This document shows positions 54,901 through 64,000 of a stretch of 64,000 nt of DNA, piece after piece (the stretch's first letter is position 1; every line of letters starts with the position of its first letter). Under the pieces are notes generated by a model. It was not told where the DNA came from and ran no database searches. It was given only the letters and a program-made list of their open reading frames with translations. The translations under genes and the position numbers were made by a program. Source of the DNA: Amphiscolops sp. MND2022 (Eukaryota); assembly GCA_964187785.1 (NCBI GenBank), contig OZ076409.1, forward strand, positions 27,778,001 to 27,842,000. Reading direction: 5' to 3'.

Positions 54901-57310
54901 ACAAAAATCACGTACGTTGTCACTGCAAAGCTAAAGCTAAAGAGCTATCCAAGAGAATTGTTGTTTAAATTTTCTTGCTGTGTTCTCCAGATGGTGATCA
55001 ACACTGAGTTTGGGGCGTTTGGAAACAATGGATGTTTGAACGACTACCGCACTCTTTACGATTTGCGGGTGGACATCGATTCCCAAAACCCGGGCAAACA
55101 GCTGTACGAGAAGATGATTTCGGGCATGTACGTCGGAGAGATTTGCAGAATCGCCTGTCTTGATTTCGCTAAACAGGGCGTCTTTTTCAAGGGCGAGGTA
55201 AGATGAATTGCTTCCAAATTAATTACTTGTTTCTTTTGCGGATATCAAAACTACATACTTTCTTTTTACAATTGTGGTGGCTACCTTGTAAAATTGCAAA
55301 CCCTCTCAGTTGAGAGTTCCAGATTTCAATTCACACTGATTCTAATTTTTTGTAAGCATTTGGTGGATATGATAATTTTGACAGCTTCAGAATAATGTAG
55401 CATGCCAAATCACGAGAATATTCCTAAAGATGTCATTTTCTCCAGAATTTGTGTTTTGGTCGGCGCTTTTTAGTAAGAAGTGCACGACTCTTACAATGGC
55501 AAGTTTTTTCTTCGTTATAAATTTTTAATGGAATTTATATTTTCCGTCCATATTTCATATGGAAAAGGAAAATATTTAAACAGTTTTTTTACGAAATTTG
55601 CCATGTTCCAAATTTATATCCAAGTTAAAGGGTTTCCCCCATGGAATTCAACTGACGTAAAACTAGTATCATGCGATAGGTATTTGTAGAGATTTTTGGA
55701 CTATTTTGGTTGACCCCAGATTGACCCAAAAATAGCAAAAACTGCAAAGTTTTCCGATTTTTAACATTTTATGCAATTTTGTAAAATTTTCGAAAGACTT
55801 GGTGGCTTAGAATGTTGAAAAATTCGTTGTCCGGGAGGCTTTTGTGAAGAAATAAACGGAGTTTTCCAATTTGAAAAGGCGCAAATTGCGACCGAAAATG
55901 ACAATTTCAAAATTTACCGATCTTTCACGTTTTTATGCAACTTTTGCCACATTTGGAAAAGATTTAGTGGATCAGAACGTTGAAAACGTCCAACAACGAA
56001 AGAATTCGTTGTGCAATAGGGTTGTTCGGGGAGATAAACGCAGTTTTGTGAGAAAAAATATTCACAATGACCCCAAAATGACCTAAAAAATTTTTTTAAA
56101 GAAAAGACATTTTTGGTTTTCTAACGCAAAATTTTAAGGGCAAAAAATTTTAAAACTGGTTCAACTGATTCATTCAACATATGACATTCTGTCTTCGCTT
56201 ATAGTTCAGGATAATGTCCGGTCCGGCTTCAATCAGTCTCGGTCCGGCCGGACGGAAATGTTGCTGTCCGGTGGACCTTTATGACGGATAATAATAATAA
56301 CTAATGATTGTGAATAGTCCTGTCTATTTTGATTAGGTGAGTGAGAAATTCAGAACAAAGTACATCTTCGAGACGAAGTATGTGTCTGCCATCGTGCACG
56401 ACCAGACGCCTAACTTGGAGAGAGTCCACTACCATCTCCACTACGACTTAGATATTCCACACGTCTCACGGTTGGTTGTAGTTTAGTTGTTATTCCCTGA
56501 ACTGCTCTACCAAACACTAGTTTGTAGAATGTAAGAGAAAACAGAAGATTGCAGTTGGGCGGAAACTTGACAGATTTCAAGGTCACATAACTTGGTGAAA
56601 ACAAAATTGCTTTGCTTTATTTTGAAGTTGGGAACTCTGTCGGAATCAAACATGTCAAGACTTTGGCTAGTTTAGTCAAAATCCACGGCGTTCTTCAATT
56701 GCGTACTATCGATCCGCACTTTAATGGAATTTAAATGTCTCCATAGCTTTCGTTTTTCTCGACTTGGAATTTTGAAAGACGTTAAACGTTCAATTAAATT
56801 TGAAATATAATGTAATCTGCAAAGTGGTGCTATTCCACTCCGGGCTCATGTAATCGAACTTGCTTAACTACAACAGTTTAAGCTGTGTTCACACATGCTG
56901 TGTTTTTTATTGTCATTCCGTGGTCATATTGATTGAAATACGGAATTTTGTGCTTCTTGTAGACATGCCATGGATATCATGTTGGATAGTCGAAGTGCGT
57001 TGTTCTTTCCATTAAATTTTTGCTTGATGTACAGTTCAGTCCACGAATAGATATCTAGTCTATAAATTTAATCCTTTTTGTGTCATAAGTATGGATAGCT
57101 ATTTAATGGAAAACTAGAATTTTTGTTGGTTTTTATAGACTGGACTGTGTAGCCGTGCAGCAGTTGTGCAAATCGGTCACGAAGCGAGCGGGCAAGTTAG
57201 CGGCTGTGGGGCTTGCAGCCATTGTGAAGAAGATCAACAAAGAGAAACTCACTGTCATCTGCGATGGTAGTCTATACTGCAACTTCCCCAAATTCCGAGA
57301 CTACATTACT
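27986..57310 (+). CDS. HK: Hexokinase (single-domain, ~50 kDa type); coding exons 27986-28115, 31444-31725, 32862-32999, 34600-34778, 54991-55197, 56337-56470, 57139-57310; final exon(s) not in window
   Basis: All junctions are GT-AG with matching phases (1,1,1,0,0,2; last donor phase 0). Motifs: [66 protein letters not shown]. No stops in the exons seen. Confidence 0.95.
28615..29772. mobile_element. Foldback/MITE-like element with arms built of ~21-bp TTTCAT units; a HINE is nested inside
   Basis: Terminal inverted repeat TCTATACCATTTCCA...TGGAAATGGTATAGA. TTTCAT arrays at 28640-28830 mirror ATGAAA arrays at 29560-29750. Confidence 0.7.
29000..29462 (+). mobile_element. HINE-like repeat
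   Basis: TTTTTTAGTCGGCGC ... GGCGCCGACTTGGGCCGGTCCCGGCTTGTT (subterminal inverted repeat plus 3' hairpin). Confidence 0.6.
31779..32637 (+). mobile_element. HINE-like repeat with an expanded internal array of AAAGGGTCCCCCTT units
   Basis: Same termini as the 29000 copy; internal tandem repeats. Confidence 0.6.
33086..33459 (+). repeat. Degenerate HINE-like copy
   Basis: AGTCGGCGC start, TTCGGCACTGTGCGACT core and CTCGGCTTGTT end. Confidence 0.45.
35178..35354 (+). repeat. 177-bp host-flank direct duplication, left copy
   Basis: Identical by eye to 50672-50848. Confidence 0.9.
35376..35509. repeat. Left terminal inverted repeat, itself a palindrome
   Basis: AGTAGTGTATATAATCGTATTTGACGCCAGCGCGAAG ... 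CTTCGCGCTAACGTCAAATACGATTATATACACTACT. Confidence 0.92.
35641..35780. repeat. 59-bp tandem repeat (~2.4 copies)
   Basis: ATGTAAATATTGATTTTCAAA at 35641, 35700 and 35759. Confidence 0.85.
36017..36346. repeat. 103-bp tandem repeat (3 copies) directly upstream of ORF 36405
   Basis: AATCAAAAAATCTAATTTGACCATGCT... begins at 36017, 36137 and 36240; the first copy has a 17-bp internal duplication. Confidence 0.9.
36405..37145 (+). CDS. Element accessory protein of unknown function (246 aa), possible helical DNA-binding C-terminal domain
   Basis: Open frame from caacATG at 36405. The ORF-track start at 36321 is a GTG inside the tandem repeat. Confidence 0.7.
   Translation: MSDNLKTNINLAKKIKKLGSRQEAVLAGVADQLTEEEKANITIALGKMDQLSNNIKIEDDKPTNQTTSGAPNFEAFFSTFRNELHAYEESDRMDSLMFSSGEYLQFKTSLYDSFDPMYYKRYISQIYKFEGQANRVLLFLAADRGFIYSKMKEDCLLKNITWREYLAGQKLSYTTVNNHIQFYDLVELYPRVLISGATKTEWFKFTNQFKGAIKDDESMKTRLAVSLKVFLEQDGSFEDACENIKI
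37945..38355 (+). CDS. Adenain-like cysteine protease
   Basis: GTHWV (His), YFDSYG (Asp), IQ...YCAAYC (Gln, Cys). Confidence 0.9.
   Translation: MNLTFKEFVKKYGLKNEATSNVKIKGILDIINRHIHDSCKVYMRDDKFTTDSGIVNLHPSVGTHWVMFIKEYYFDSYGCPPPINILNYLNIGQYSEYQIQKNDSYCAAYCLYVLYLTQSIGFKNAVLSLYYQTFCH
38359..38526 (+). CDS. Small 55-aa ORF ([11 protein letters not shown]...[11 protein letters not shown]), not in the ORF track
   Basis: Fills the space between protease and penton exactly and uses the element's TAAATG start. Confidence 0.6.
   Translation: MKKINTYSAQFKVIYPKDHSKNNNTNGIPNEKILSKDRQEFINNIAASGFKHFHA
38530..39696 (+). CDS. Minor capsid protein (penton) with a central insertion
   Basis: N-terminal W-MG-TSL-VYN and C-terminal [11 protein letters not shown]...ILFSF...PPGYKI...P...LY...VDFN.E.LTFTIQI, typical of Polinton pentons. 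Confidence 0.85.
   Translation: MDLSNFVTYDKKESLLLNIAKSNQEIVENTHSKPQETLEFKMTKQKESFSFDVPLQLNENWMMGVTSLEVYNTVYNITNSNNKLEIVLNDQQLKELNLDSELLVSVEELYKAYFVKPYKYNEFIEKVNKLITNSYSKKKKLTRVDFTYLTKIIESLNQIYKERLNQERIIQAYKDHLKLEKINWDEINWEEINLDEINQEEINQINQINLPPFEIIENDFFGIQLTPGVYELVDINNAIKQKIHESDYDFKIDIIPDTISMKSVLTTSNSIHFNSRLNILLGFTNKDYPPGTHTSEKPVMITTTDKVHLKCDCVDGSIVNGIREQILFSFNLSAPPGYKIINNPTTVLYKKINKTRLDQIQFFLEDSNHNPVDFNNETLTFTIQIIKI
39706..40107 (+). CDS. Basic virion-core candidate with a Cys-containing N-terminus and an amphipathic (cupiennin-like) helix
   Basis: YCVGG...CVTC, then [25 protein letters not shown]. Confidence 0.7.
   Translation: MSFNKFKTKSYCVGGKHYSATTNIRGDISQNKKTGMPVKLLRGVCVTCKRNKSLIVSDQTISAEGLGDFFNHIGKAAKNVGKKILNNPGRALELAANIGTAAASKNPRMIAATAPDIIKFVHQGKGLYLGKIH
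40123..41043 (+). CDS. Uncharacterised Polinton protein (coiled coil; C-terminal GSG-L...[14 protein letters not shown] domain)
   Basis: 306-aa open frame with TAAATG start. The C-terminal motif resembles one recalled from Polinton/adintovirus core ORFs (unverified). Confidence 0.7.
   Translation: MYSIHNRDDLEKLKKLQKTKSSLHKERLKEKLGKQDFHYDMEEVFEPVTENQKQNQTKQQELSEKQIQALRDSTQTTTQAIENQARAIEHSSDILNKNLQKSIKDANSNQVDSSIVKTVSNLLNDKNKSQFSLEPVLGSSNFFTINHTDPQLVQIKGSTMTFQNGNTYNLNDPDLSSFITNAQIDKKIQNENLIYNFLKDMKYDLNYGDKKSKRYYFIKHLINQYTYQQSQSGSGLNQYIFLPSDPDELVDQLKLIVLEKVGGNDNPMLSEQIIAIADKLLQYQCITTNQHQNIVSAFTKKDQFVD
41018..41837 (-). pseudogene. A32/FtsK-like DNA packaging ATPase with N-terminal zinc fingers; frameshift near 41395
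   Basis: Walker A GPSFCGKT. Walker B VVFDD lies in the shifted frame. [16 protein letters not shown]...IRNN. Confidence 0.85.
41869..42011. promoter_or_regulatory. CACTAAGA motif array in the divergent ATPase/integrase intergenic region
   Basis: 8 forward copies, 2 exact inverted copies and 1 partial, arranged in 51-bp higher-order units. Confidence 0.6.
42048..42899 (+). CDS. Retroviral-like (rve, DDE) integrase, intact
   Basis: [28 protein letters not shown]...[23 protein letters not shown]. Confidence 0.95.
   Translation: MNLKQKIAKEIFSPVVKKFDRIQIQTHYKDECWSIDLIDRSSLAKYNKNYKFIFTIIDNHTKFAWAIPLKDKSGKSTTTAFKKLIETSKRKPEKVWSDRGKEFYNKTFLDFLKQNEIQIYSTHSDLKAVFVERFNRTLLDLIKEPMYIEGKACWLNHINSALDKYNNRVHTTTRMTPFEASNKPIDPPTFVNKPKQPKFQVGDYVRVPDKRNIYSKGYTTNWNRELFKIQKINPTNPITYTLEDENNEQIAGKYYEQELLRSVFNFESNNKTLESMNIFHQFE
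42920..43609 (+). CDS. Uncharacterised coiled-coil protein (229 aa)
   Basis: Open frame packed tightly between neighbouring genes. Confidence 0.7.
   Translation: MSLHKFGYSAESLQKDKIENLEKELESQTKLFNLKLYDLSNNLENFNNLQEVIFDNGETKVLVNAKTFVDINKNIEDIKINLKYLEQDIKNKLLEKKKEIILDAAKLVEEQQTILRNSFERNLISELEKSKNQAVKDVIQLLYSKGLFDSFENKDQIFQSYLTFSNQYLLEKYGTEIKTSDGVYYLSDLDYSTREDIVKCLKKDEYKDIVDLKYRMKLTTSEINFILFD
43614..44150 (+). CDS. Membrane-associated protein with a central hydrophobic hairpin (178 aa)
   Basis: [42 protein letters not shown] flanked by basic helices. Confidence 0.7.
   Translation: MNEKLYPSLQPQVDSLEQHLNLRLKEINSFNNSIQNIKDIKNFYNHEAKKYKKKSKQYKLINCLIQSVDGVSILAVSSTCVTLSITGVGLVVVPVASGIGAGLCIISKLLGEYLKRKEQHNLKKYTLAGRTLHDFCKLHSKCLEDNKIDLNEYNKLKQSYDTYKTNKTKLNSEFTFLG
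44209..45438 (+). CDS. Major capsid protein (double jelly-roll, hexon-like), intact
   Basis: 409 aa, beta-rich. PTYVIVGFQ...Q...[17 protein letters not shown] and IRLEFKF match the Polinton MCP pattern. Confidence 0.88.
   Translation: MELFSLKNKYVLDNPIHKIDFIKYSPSSLATINNNNSNISIIFPREDAYICLQNSYISLEFEVLKNDNTRYVDNDQISLVNFGPVALFSEAKLVTSSGKHLEKVDNLHPVCLMYKLLTSNQQTSQLMYGFEESENTRRLELTNHKTEKGTFFVRIKLKDLFGFADQEKITYGLGYSLTLKRNNNNDPIIRDNGVDAAKIDIKDIAWHIPHYVPSMENQQLVLNQILDKDPTELYYIERTVFRKDVNTNNNWTFELGNSGESTPTYVIVGFQARNKIDSQTHNNSTFDRLSVSNAVCKIGSEKYPDDGIECDYDRDKYDQAYYEIENFYNLHSESNLLNPFISLHKFRTSYNFYVFDISKQKPPIASQRIRLEFKFSAAFGVADYVAYALVLTPKLISISSDGQRHFDLL
45530..45727 (+). CDS. Small hypothetical protein (65 aa)
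   Basis: TAAATG start; its stop abuts the next ATG. Confidence 0.55.
   Translation: MKYINNKFYTEVNNPKYIINDGKILRETSPPKSLKSKYEVMNGVKLDKKSNIIELDDGSLHIVTK
45728..46265 (+). pseudogene. CxxC...CxxC zinc-ribbon protein, apparently one ORF broken by an extra A in an A8 run (~46068-46075)
   Basis: Removing one A joins ...PDDFEK to [13 protein letters not shown]... up to the stop at 46265. Confidence 0.6.
46255..46428 (+). CDS. 57-aa acidic protein with NLS-like PPKRKRR, not in the ORF track
   Basis: [63 protein letters not shown] start. Confidence 0.65.
   Translation: MSDSEGETIYPESEVSEDESLHSSDEDFIDDSESEDEDYIPPKRKRRNIEIIIKIEK
46460..46765 (+). CDS. 101-aa C2H2 zinc-finger protein with three 12-aa repeats; chimeric duplicate of its neighbours
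   Basis: CEAC...HLKSKIH finger, ([12 protein letters not shown])x3, and a tail nearly identical to that of the upstream acidic ORF. Confidence 0.65.
   Translation: MDETYHRKYCEACDKQVHTSSFAKHLKSKIHLQKNVGVIPQKPRVLLAVEEQQEPRVLPAVEEQQEPRVLPVVEEQQQPRARPIPPKRNRRNIEIIIKIEK
46798..50381 (+). pseudogene. polB: Protein-primed family B DNA polymerase; frameshift at ~47620-47663 and in-frame TAA at 48993-48995
   Basis: Exonuclease motifs GDFEC, HNFSNYD, YLKTDV. Endonuclease-VII-like insert CWFC...[19 protein letters not shown]. Polymerase motifs [28 protein letters not shown]. Confidence 0.92.
50485..50671. repeat. Right terminal inverted repeat, itself a palindrome
   Basis: AGTAGTGTATATAATCGTATTTGACATTAGCGCGAAGG ... 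CCTTCGCGCTGGTGTCAAATACGATTATATACACTACT. Confidence 0.92.
50672..50848 (+). repeat. 177-bp host-flank direct duplication, right copy
   Basis: Identical by eye to 35178-35354 and abuts the right terminus. Confidence 0.9.
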
Positions 57311-57677
57311 GTGAGTAGTTTCAGTTGAAAATCACAGAAATATCTTAAGACGTAGAAAAACTAAGCACGTAGAATAGTGTGACTTTTTGTTCTATTCCGA
57401 GAGATTTTAAACGAACGCGATGACGGCAAAACAGGTCTTCTACTAACTCTACTCCTAACATTAAATGACCTGGGCGTTTTTCCAATTTTCCGAGAAATCT
57501 CATTAAAAATTTTCAGTCATTAATATATCCACAACTACGCATACCAGAGAAATGAACTGCAGCGTGTTTAAAAGGTCAGGTACTGAGACTTCATTTTAGT
57601 TAGATGAGCCCTTCTCGCCGCGCGCCCCATTCTTCAGAAGTTTAATTTTTCCGACACCGTCGCTGCGCGGGTGCATA

Positions 57678-60600
57678 TGTAGCAACAGTTTCTAATTTGC
57701 TTTTGTTGCACGAGGTCTAGTTGTGAAAGGGTATGCGGTTACCTTTCTTATTGGTGAAGGTTTTTCTAAAACATTCGTTAGTGGTGTTAACTTTTGAATT
57801 AACCAATCAGGAATCAACACATGAAATTACGTATGAACAAGTTTGAACTTGATTTTCTGCCACGTTTATTTACACTTTCCCACTTTATTTCAAGAGTCAA
57901 GTTTGTTTCTACTCTTCTCACTGAATAAAAACTGTCTTCTCATTATCAAATTTCATTGAATCATTTCTTAAAACAAGTCTTCAAACAACAACATTTTTTA
58001 GTGCCGCGACTACCCAGGAATTTTGAACCTGGAAAATCAATCTCTACATTGAACAGAAGGATTATTAAATTTGAAAAATGGCTGAAGCTTTGAAAAGAAC
58101 GAGATCTGGCCATCTCGGAACAATTACCTGGACAGAAAACTCAGTGAAAGGAATCCTTGAGAAGGAACCTAGCACACTAACGCTGCTGGAAATCTCAAAG
58201 ATTGAGTGTTTTCTTGAAAGGTGCAAGGAAAGTGTTCAAAATTGAAGAATTAAACGAAAGCATCATCAACGAATTGACTGAAAGTGACTAGAGCTAGAAT
58301 TGATGATAATGATCTTAAGATCAAAACAACAATCAAAGCGCTTGAAATGGCCGAAGAATGGATCGAAGAGGGTGCTCACGCCGCCCCGAGACAATCACAG
58401 CCTGTGACTAAAGATAATCAACAAACATCCACTTCTGGATTGAAGCTGCAGAAACTCCACTATCTCAAGTCTTCGCTGAAAGATGAGCCTGCTCGTCTTT
58501 TATCGCTTTTACCTACTTCCAGTGCGAATTACCAAGTTGCCAAAAAACTTCTTCAAGACAGGTATGCGAATAAAAGAATGATAATTCACACTCATCTAGA
58601 AGCCATCTTTGAATTTCGTCCGATCAAAGAAGAATCGCCTGACCAGCTCCGGAAATTGATTAGCAATTTGATGGAAAACACGATGGCCCTACCAGGAATG
58701 GGATTGGATGTCGGACCATCTGATTTTATCTGGGTTCACATCATTGCTAAAATGTTGGACACACAGAGCCGTAGAAAATGGGAACTTCACAGCAAGGGCG
58801 ATGGTGCTCAGAGCATGAACAACCTAAAGCAGTTTCTCGAAGATAGAGCTCGAGCACTTGAAGCCTCATCAAGTAAATTAGTTAAGAAAAATTAGGAATT
58901 GAACAAAGTTCAACGTTACCAAGACAAGACTCTACTGCTAGCGTGCCCTGCATTAACTGCTCCAAGGGACACAAAACAAATTACATCAGTGCAAGATTAT
59001 GAGTTATGAATACAAACAGAAATTGTGTTTCAATTGTTTACGGCCAGGTCACAATTCAAAGGCCTGCAAATCAAGGTGTCAGGAGTGTCAAAAGCTGCAC
59101 CATACCCTGCTCCATACTCCTGGTTAGCAAACTGAACAGACCCCCGTGGCCAATTCGCATTTGGGTCACGAGGCGATATTTTTTGCGAAACACATTCTAC
59201 GTACGGTGTAAGTGTCAGTCATGTCAAAAACTGGCATCGCTCACAAGTGTCGAGCACTCCTGGATAGTGGATCGGATTTGACATTCACTAGCGAGGACTG
59301 TGTACAACGTTTACAGCTGAAACGACTCGAATCTGAGATTTTCATCAATGGCAATGGATGTTCATCAAAATCATTTACAATGAGGATAGTGGAAAGTCTG
59401 ATCTGACAATTGTTGATGAAAATTCCATCTCTTACGATGTTTCAGCATTCATTTTACCACGACTGACAGCTGCTATTCCCTTCAGTCCGCTGAAAATACC
59501 AGATCTAATCAAGTTTCCAAATATCAAGCTTTCTGGCCTAAATTTTGCAAAACCTTCCAATATTGAAATCATCATCGGAGTTGATCTTTATGAACAAGTC
59601 ATTGGAAACGAAAGAACCAAAGTGTGATGGTATCTACGCACGCAAGACAGTATTCGGGTGGACAATCTGTGGATTGAAACCTGGCAAGTCAGTCACAACC
59701 GTTAGTTCCTTCCAATCATCGGTCGACTTTGATTTGAAGCAACTTTGCGAGTTGAAAGAAATTCCAAAAGTTCGCCAATTCTCCAAGGAAGAAGCCTGTG
59801 AGTAACATTTTGTTAACACGACAAATTACCAAGACAACAGTTTCACTGTAAAATTACCCTTTAAGCAAGGTTGCAAGATTGTCAGTTGGGAGAAAGTTTA
59901 GATCAAGCGAACAGAAGGGAGGAAGTTCCAGCGAACGGGACACGCTGCGAGGACAGCAAAAGCTTCTACCTACCCCACCATTGCGTATTCAAAGACGATT
60001 CGACCACTACAAAACTTCGTGTTGTCTTCGATGGATCTGCGAAGACCCCCACTGGAAAGTCTTTAATTGACACTCTGATGGTTGGTCCAACAGTACAGGG
60101 CGACCTTTACTCCATCATTATACGCTTTCGAGTGGTACCTGTTGCTTTGTCAGCTGATATAAACAAAATGTACAGACAGGTTGCTTTAGACGTACGAGAC
60201 AAGGATTTTCATCGGATCATTTGATGTGAAAGAAAGGACGTACCTGTGCTTATTTTTCGCATGACAAGAATGACATACGACATTGCATCATCAGCCTTTC
60301 ATTCCACAAGATGTGTGAAAGACGTTGCTAAGCGAACTTGCAACTGAAAGGTCCAATACCACTTGGAGCATTCCTTCTATGTGGATGTTTTTCTTGGTGA
60401 AGTCAATTCTGTTGAAGATGCACGGAAACTGATTGTAGATCTTTATTCCGAACTCCTCAAATATGGATTCCCACTGGGTAAATTGGTATCAAGTTGTTCT
60501 ACATTGATTGAGGAACTACCCGATGAGCTGCGAGAAACAGCTAACGAATGTGAAATCTGTCAGACGACTACAAAATAAAGGCTCTAGGAATGTTTTGGAA

Positions 60601-62990
60601 ACAAAACCTGGACATCATTTGTTTCAAAACGGACTCACCTGATGTGACTGACCAAACACAGTCTATTGTCAGCTACAGCCAAATTGTACGACCCATAGGA
60701 TTGGCTGTCTCCCATCATCATCGTGTTCAAAATTCTATTTCAGCAAATTTGGTTGACTGGAGTCAAGTGGGACGAGCTTGTTCCTGAACCGATCGTGCAG
60801 CAGTTTTTGCAGCATTATACTGAGCTGAAACTGTTGGCTCAAATCACAATGCCGCATGCATTTGTAAAAATGGATTTCAAGACTTTCAACTTCTTGTTTT
60901 TTGCGATGCCTCAGAGAAGGCATATGCTGCCGTCATCTATGCTTTTACCACTGATGTCTTTGGAAATGTGAGCTCGCATCTGATCACTTATAAAACGTAG
61001 GTTACCCCAGTGAAGGTTCCCTCAATGCCTCGTCTTGAGCTTTGTGGTGTCCACTTAGCCGCAAAACTGCTTGAAGCTACCATGTCAACTCTTCACTAAC
61101 TGGTCTTGAACAATCTTTCCACGCATGGACAGACTCCACCATCACTCTCCAGTGGTTATCGCAACTCCCTCGAACTTGGATCACATTTATAGCTAACAAA
61201 GTTTCATACATATGGGAAATTATTGAAGGATGGCTGGAATCATGTTCCAACAAATGACAACCCTGCATATCTGGCCTCAAGGGGACTCTCAGTTGAAGAT
61301 ACCGTTAAATTCTAGCCTTTGGTGGTCTGGCCCTGAATGGTTACCACGCCCAAAATCTTATTGGCCCCCACTAGATGTACTCTCTTCATCTGTTACCAGA
61401 AAAACGTGAGCTGCAGGAAACTCCCGAGGCCAAAAACAAAGCATTTACTCCTGTAGAAGTTACGACACTCACAAGCAATCAAAGACTCAATTCAAGTACT
61501 CAAGTTCTGCCAACTGAAAAATGTAGCAGCTTCAATATGCTCATCAACGTCGTCAGCAACGGCCTACGATTCATCAATGCGCTGAGAATAAGAATCGACT
61601 GTCATACTCCACACAACTAGCAGAAACCGAAATTCGTAGAATTGCAAAGATCATTAGACAATATCAGATGACAAACGTTCCCAGATGAGTACGCAATTCT
61701 GCAAGGGCAAGCTGAATTCACACGAAACTCCCCTCTCCTCAACCTGTTACTTTCATGACAAAGAACTTGATATCATCCGTGTCGGAGGTCGTCTCGCACA
61801 ATCAAGTTTGCATGAAGACAAGAAGTTTCCCTATCTGATTGCCAAGGATTCATTTTTAAAGGAGCTTCTAATTCGTCATTTCCTTGAAGTTACACTTCAT
61901 GGGGAAAGCATATTAACTCTCAATACAATGAGAGAACAATTTTAGCTGGTGAACGGAAGAAAAACGGTAAATTTCATCAAGAATTGTCAAATATTTCCGT
62001 TTTCAATCGGAGTCTACTCCCCAACTAATGGCTCATCTGCCTAGTGAACGCGTGACCCCAGCTAGGGCGTTTTCTACCGATGGAATAGGTTTCGCTGGAC
62101 GTTTCAATGTCAAGGACAAGAAAAATTCCAAGATCTATATCGCTGTATTCATTTGCCTAGTCACAAAAGCCATTCATTTGGAATTAGTTTCAAGTCCAAC
62201 CAAGGAGGATTGCATAATGGCCCTTAAACGGTTCACATCAAGAAAGGAGCCCCTAAGAAAATCATAACAGACAAAGGAAGCAAGTTCATAGGGGCCAGAA
62301 ATGATTTCCTTCGAATTCAAGCTCTTCTTAATAAAGAAACCGCTTGATGGTAAACAACTTCTGAGACACTTGGCAGGTCAAGGCACTGAATGGGTTACGA
62401 TTCCCCCTCGAGCATCACATTTCGGTGGTATATGGGAAGCCGCTGTAAAGAGTATGAAGAGACATCTGAGACGCATACTCGGGCTTCAAACTTTGAAATA
62501 TGAAGAACTAATTCTCCAGCAAATTGAAGCAACCTTAAACTCAAGGCCACTCTTTCCAATGTCCGATGACCCCAATGACTGCCGAACTTTAACGCCCGCA
62601 CACTTTATCATGGGAGACTCGCTACTTTCAATAGCCAGAGAAGACATAGTTGTACCTGCAACACAGAGACTAAAACTCCTTGAACGAATTCAACAAGATT
62701 TCTGGAAGTCTTGCAGCAGAGACTTCTTTGTGGAACTGCGAATACGAAAGAAATGGTTTCGTACTGGACCTGGTATAAACATGAGCGACCTTGCTTTGGT
62801 AGCCGAAGATAACGGAGCCCCACTGGTGTGGAAACTTGCCAGAGTCTCGAAACTCTAAAATGAAATGATGAAATTCCGAGGGTAGCAGAGATCAAAACGT
62901 CAAAGAAAACCTTCAATCGACCTACAATTGAACTCAGAATGCTACCGCTAGCTGAATCCATCGTGAAAAGAACCCCCAGTGGTCATTGAG
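57678..62990 (+). mobile_element. Degenerate BEL/Pao LTR retrotransposon in the hexokinase intron; 5' LTR ends ~57993, gag ATG 58078, no 3' LTR seen
   Basis: Gag KLHYLKSSLKDEP, protease RALLDSGS, RT YLPHHCVFKDDSTTTKLRVVFDGS, integrase KAIHLELVS and HFGGIWEAAVKSMK. Many stops and frameshifts. LTR start is tentative. Confidence 0.9.
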
Positions 62991-64000
62991 GGAAGAAAAA
63001 GATGGAATATTTTGGTTAATTTCGTCGTTATCTTATGATGAAAAATTATGCCTTCTACTGAACTACTGACAACTTCATATACCATTTCAACTTGTCACAA
63101 GATGCCTTTGACAGCATATACTTCGGTCTTGCAGTTAATGAGTGGTTACTCCTCGGCAAGTTATTAAAGAGAAATGAAGAAAATTGATATACATACCTCT
63201 ATCAGAAACTAGAGCCGAATTCTTCCCTTCTGCGGCACCCTAGAGCCAAATACTGATCCGCTCGCCTCATCTGCTCAGTACGCCATCCTTCGATCCTCCT
63301 CTCGCAGCTGTACATCGTGCACACTGATCCAGGCTGCACGTCCGTTCAAACAGAGTGCAAGAAGAGGTACGGGAAGTAGACGGTGCGCCCAGGCTCCCGA
63401 AGAGTCCAAGACACCTGACGGGCCTGCTTCCTAGAGAGACATCACAAAACGTTGATAGCCTCAGAAAAAGACTTTCTTTGTTCTCGTGCAGTTGCATCCA
63501 GCTTCTTCCCTGTTGGTGAAGGCAGACAGAACATCCAAATCTTTCTCCCAGTAACGAGAGTAGAAAAAGAATGTCCTTCCTCAGCAACGTCAACATGGAA
63601 GCCTCTGAAACTAGACTTCTCCACGAGAACCGTGTCACCAAGTCTGTGCAACTATCTCCCTTTCGCTCAATTCCTCCGGATCACAGAACTGCACCCGGTG
63701 GTTTCACTCTCGTGCGGACTCTAGAAGGGGTCTCAACACTGTTTGACAACAGCACACCTCCCTTCCAAGTCTCTAAGACCATCCAACGAATGCAGCTTCC
63801 GCAGAGTCTCATCTTCTGAAGAGAGTGTTGCCAACCGCTCCTGAATGACCACCAATTCTCTAGGATCTTCAAGCACCTGCTTGAACGTCTTTACAGGCAC
63901 TGGAGTCGAGCATGACCACTTAAGCCACTTGAGTAAGATCTCAAATTCCGGCAACTTCCCAGAATCATTGGATCGCAGACCATATCCGTGGCTCTTTGAA

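Noticed and set aside
63200..64000. GC-richer coding-like segment at the window end
   Set aside because: Broken frames with no recognisable domain; it does not match the BEL LTR or the missing hexokinase exon.

Overview
Repeat-rich animal genomic DNA with GT-AG introns and one 200-N scaffold gap. The main host gene is a + strand hexokinase. Seven coding exons lie between 27986 and 57310, and the last exon(s) fall outside the window. Its 20.2-kb fourth intron holds a full-length ~15.3-kb Polinton/Maverick (adintovirus-like) endogenous virus at 35376-50671. That element encodes an adenain-like protease, penton, major capsid protein, packaging ATPase, retroviral-like integrase, protein-primed PolB and several accessory ORFs. 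Two of its features are atypical. First, each terminus is a self-complementary hairpin, and the G-T wobble pairs and GCGAAGC mini-hairpins favour folding of the strand whose 3' end lies there. Second, it is flanked by an identical 177-bp host duplication plus 21 nt of filler rather than a short TSD. The rest of the window contains a decayed half-MFS transporter gene, fragments of LINE, CRE-like, copia, gypsy-like and BEL/Pao retroelements, Helentron-like (HINE) repeats, solo-LTR-like repeats carrying ORFs, and a 1.58-kb near-identical duplication beside the gap. All calls come from reading motifs by eye; no database searches were run.
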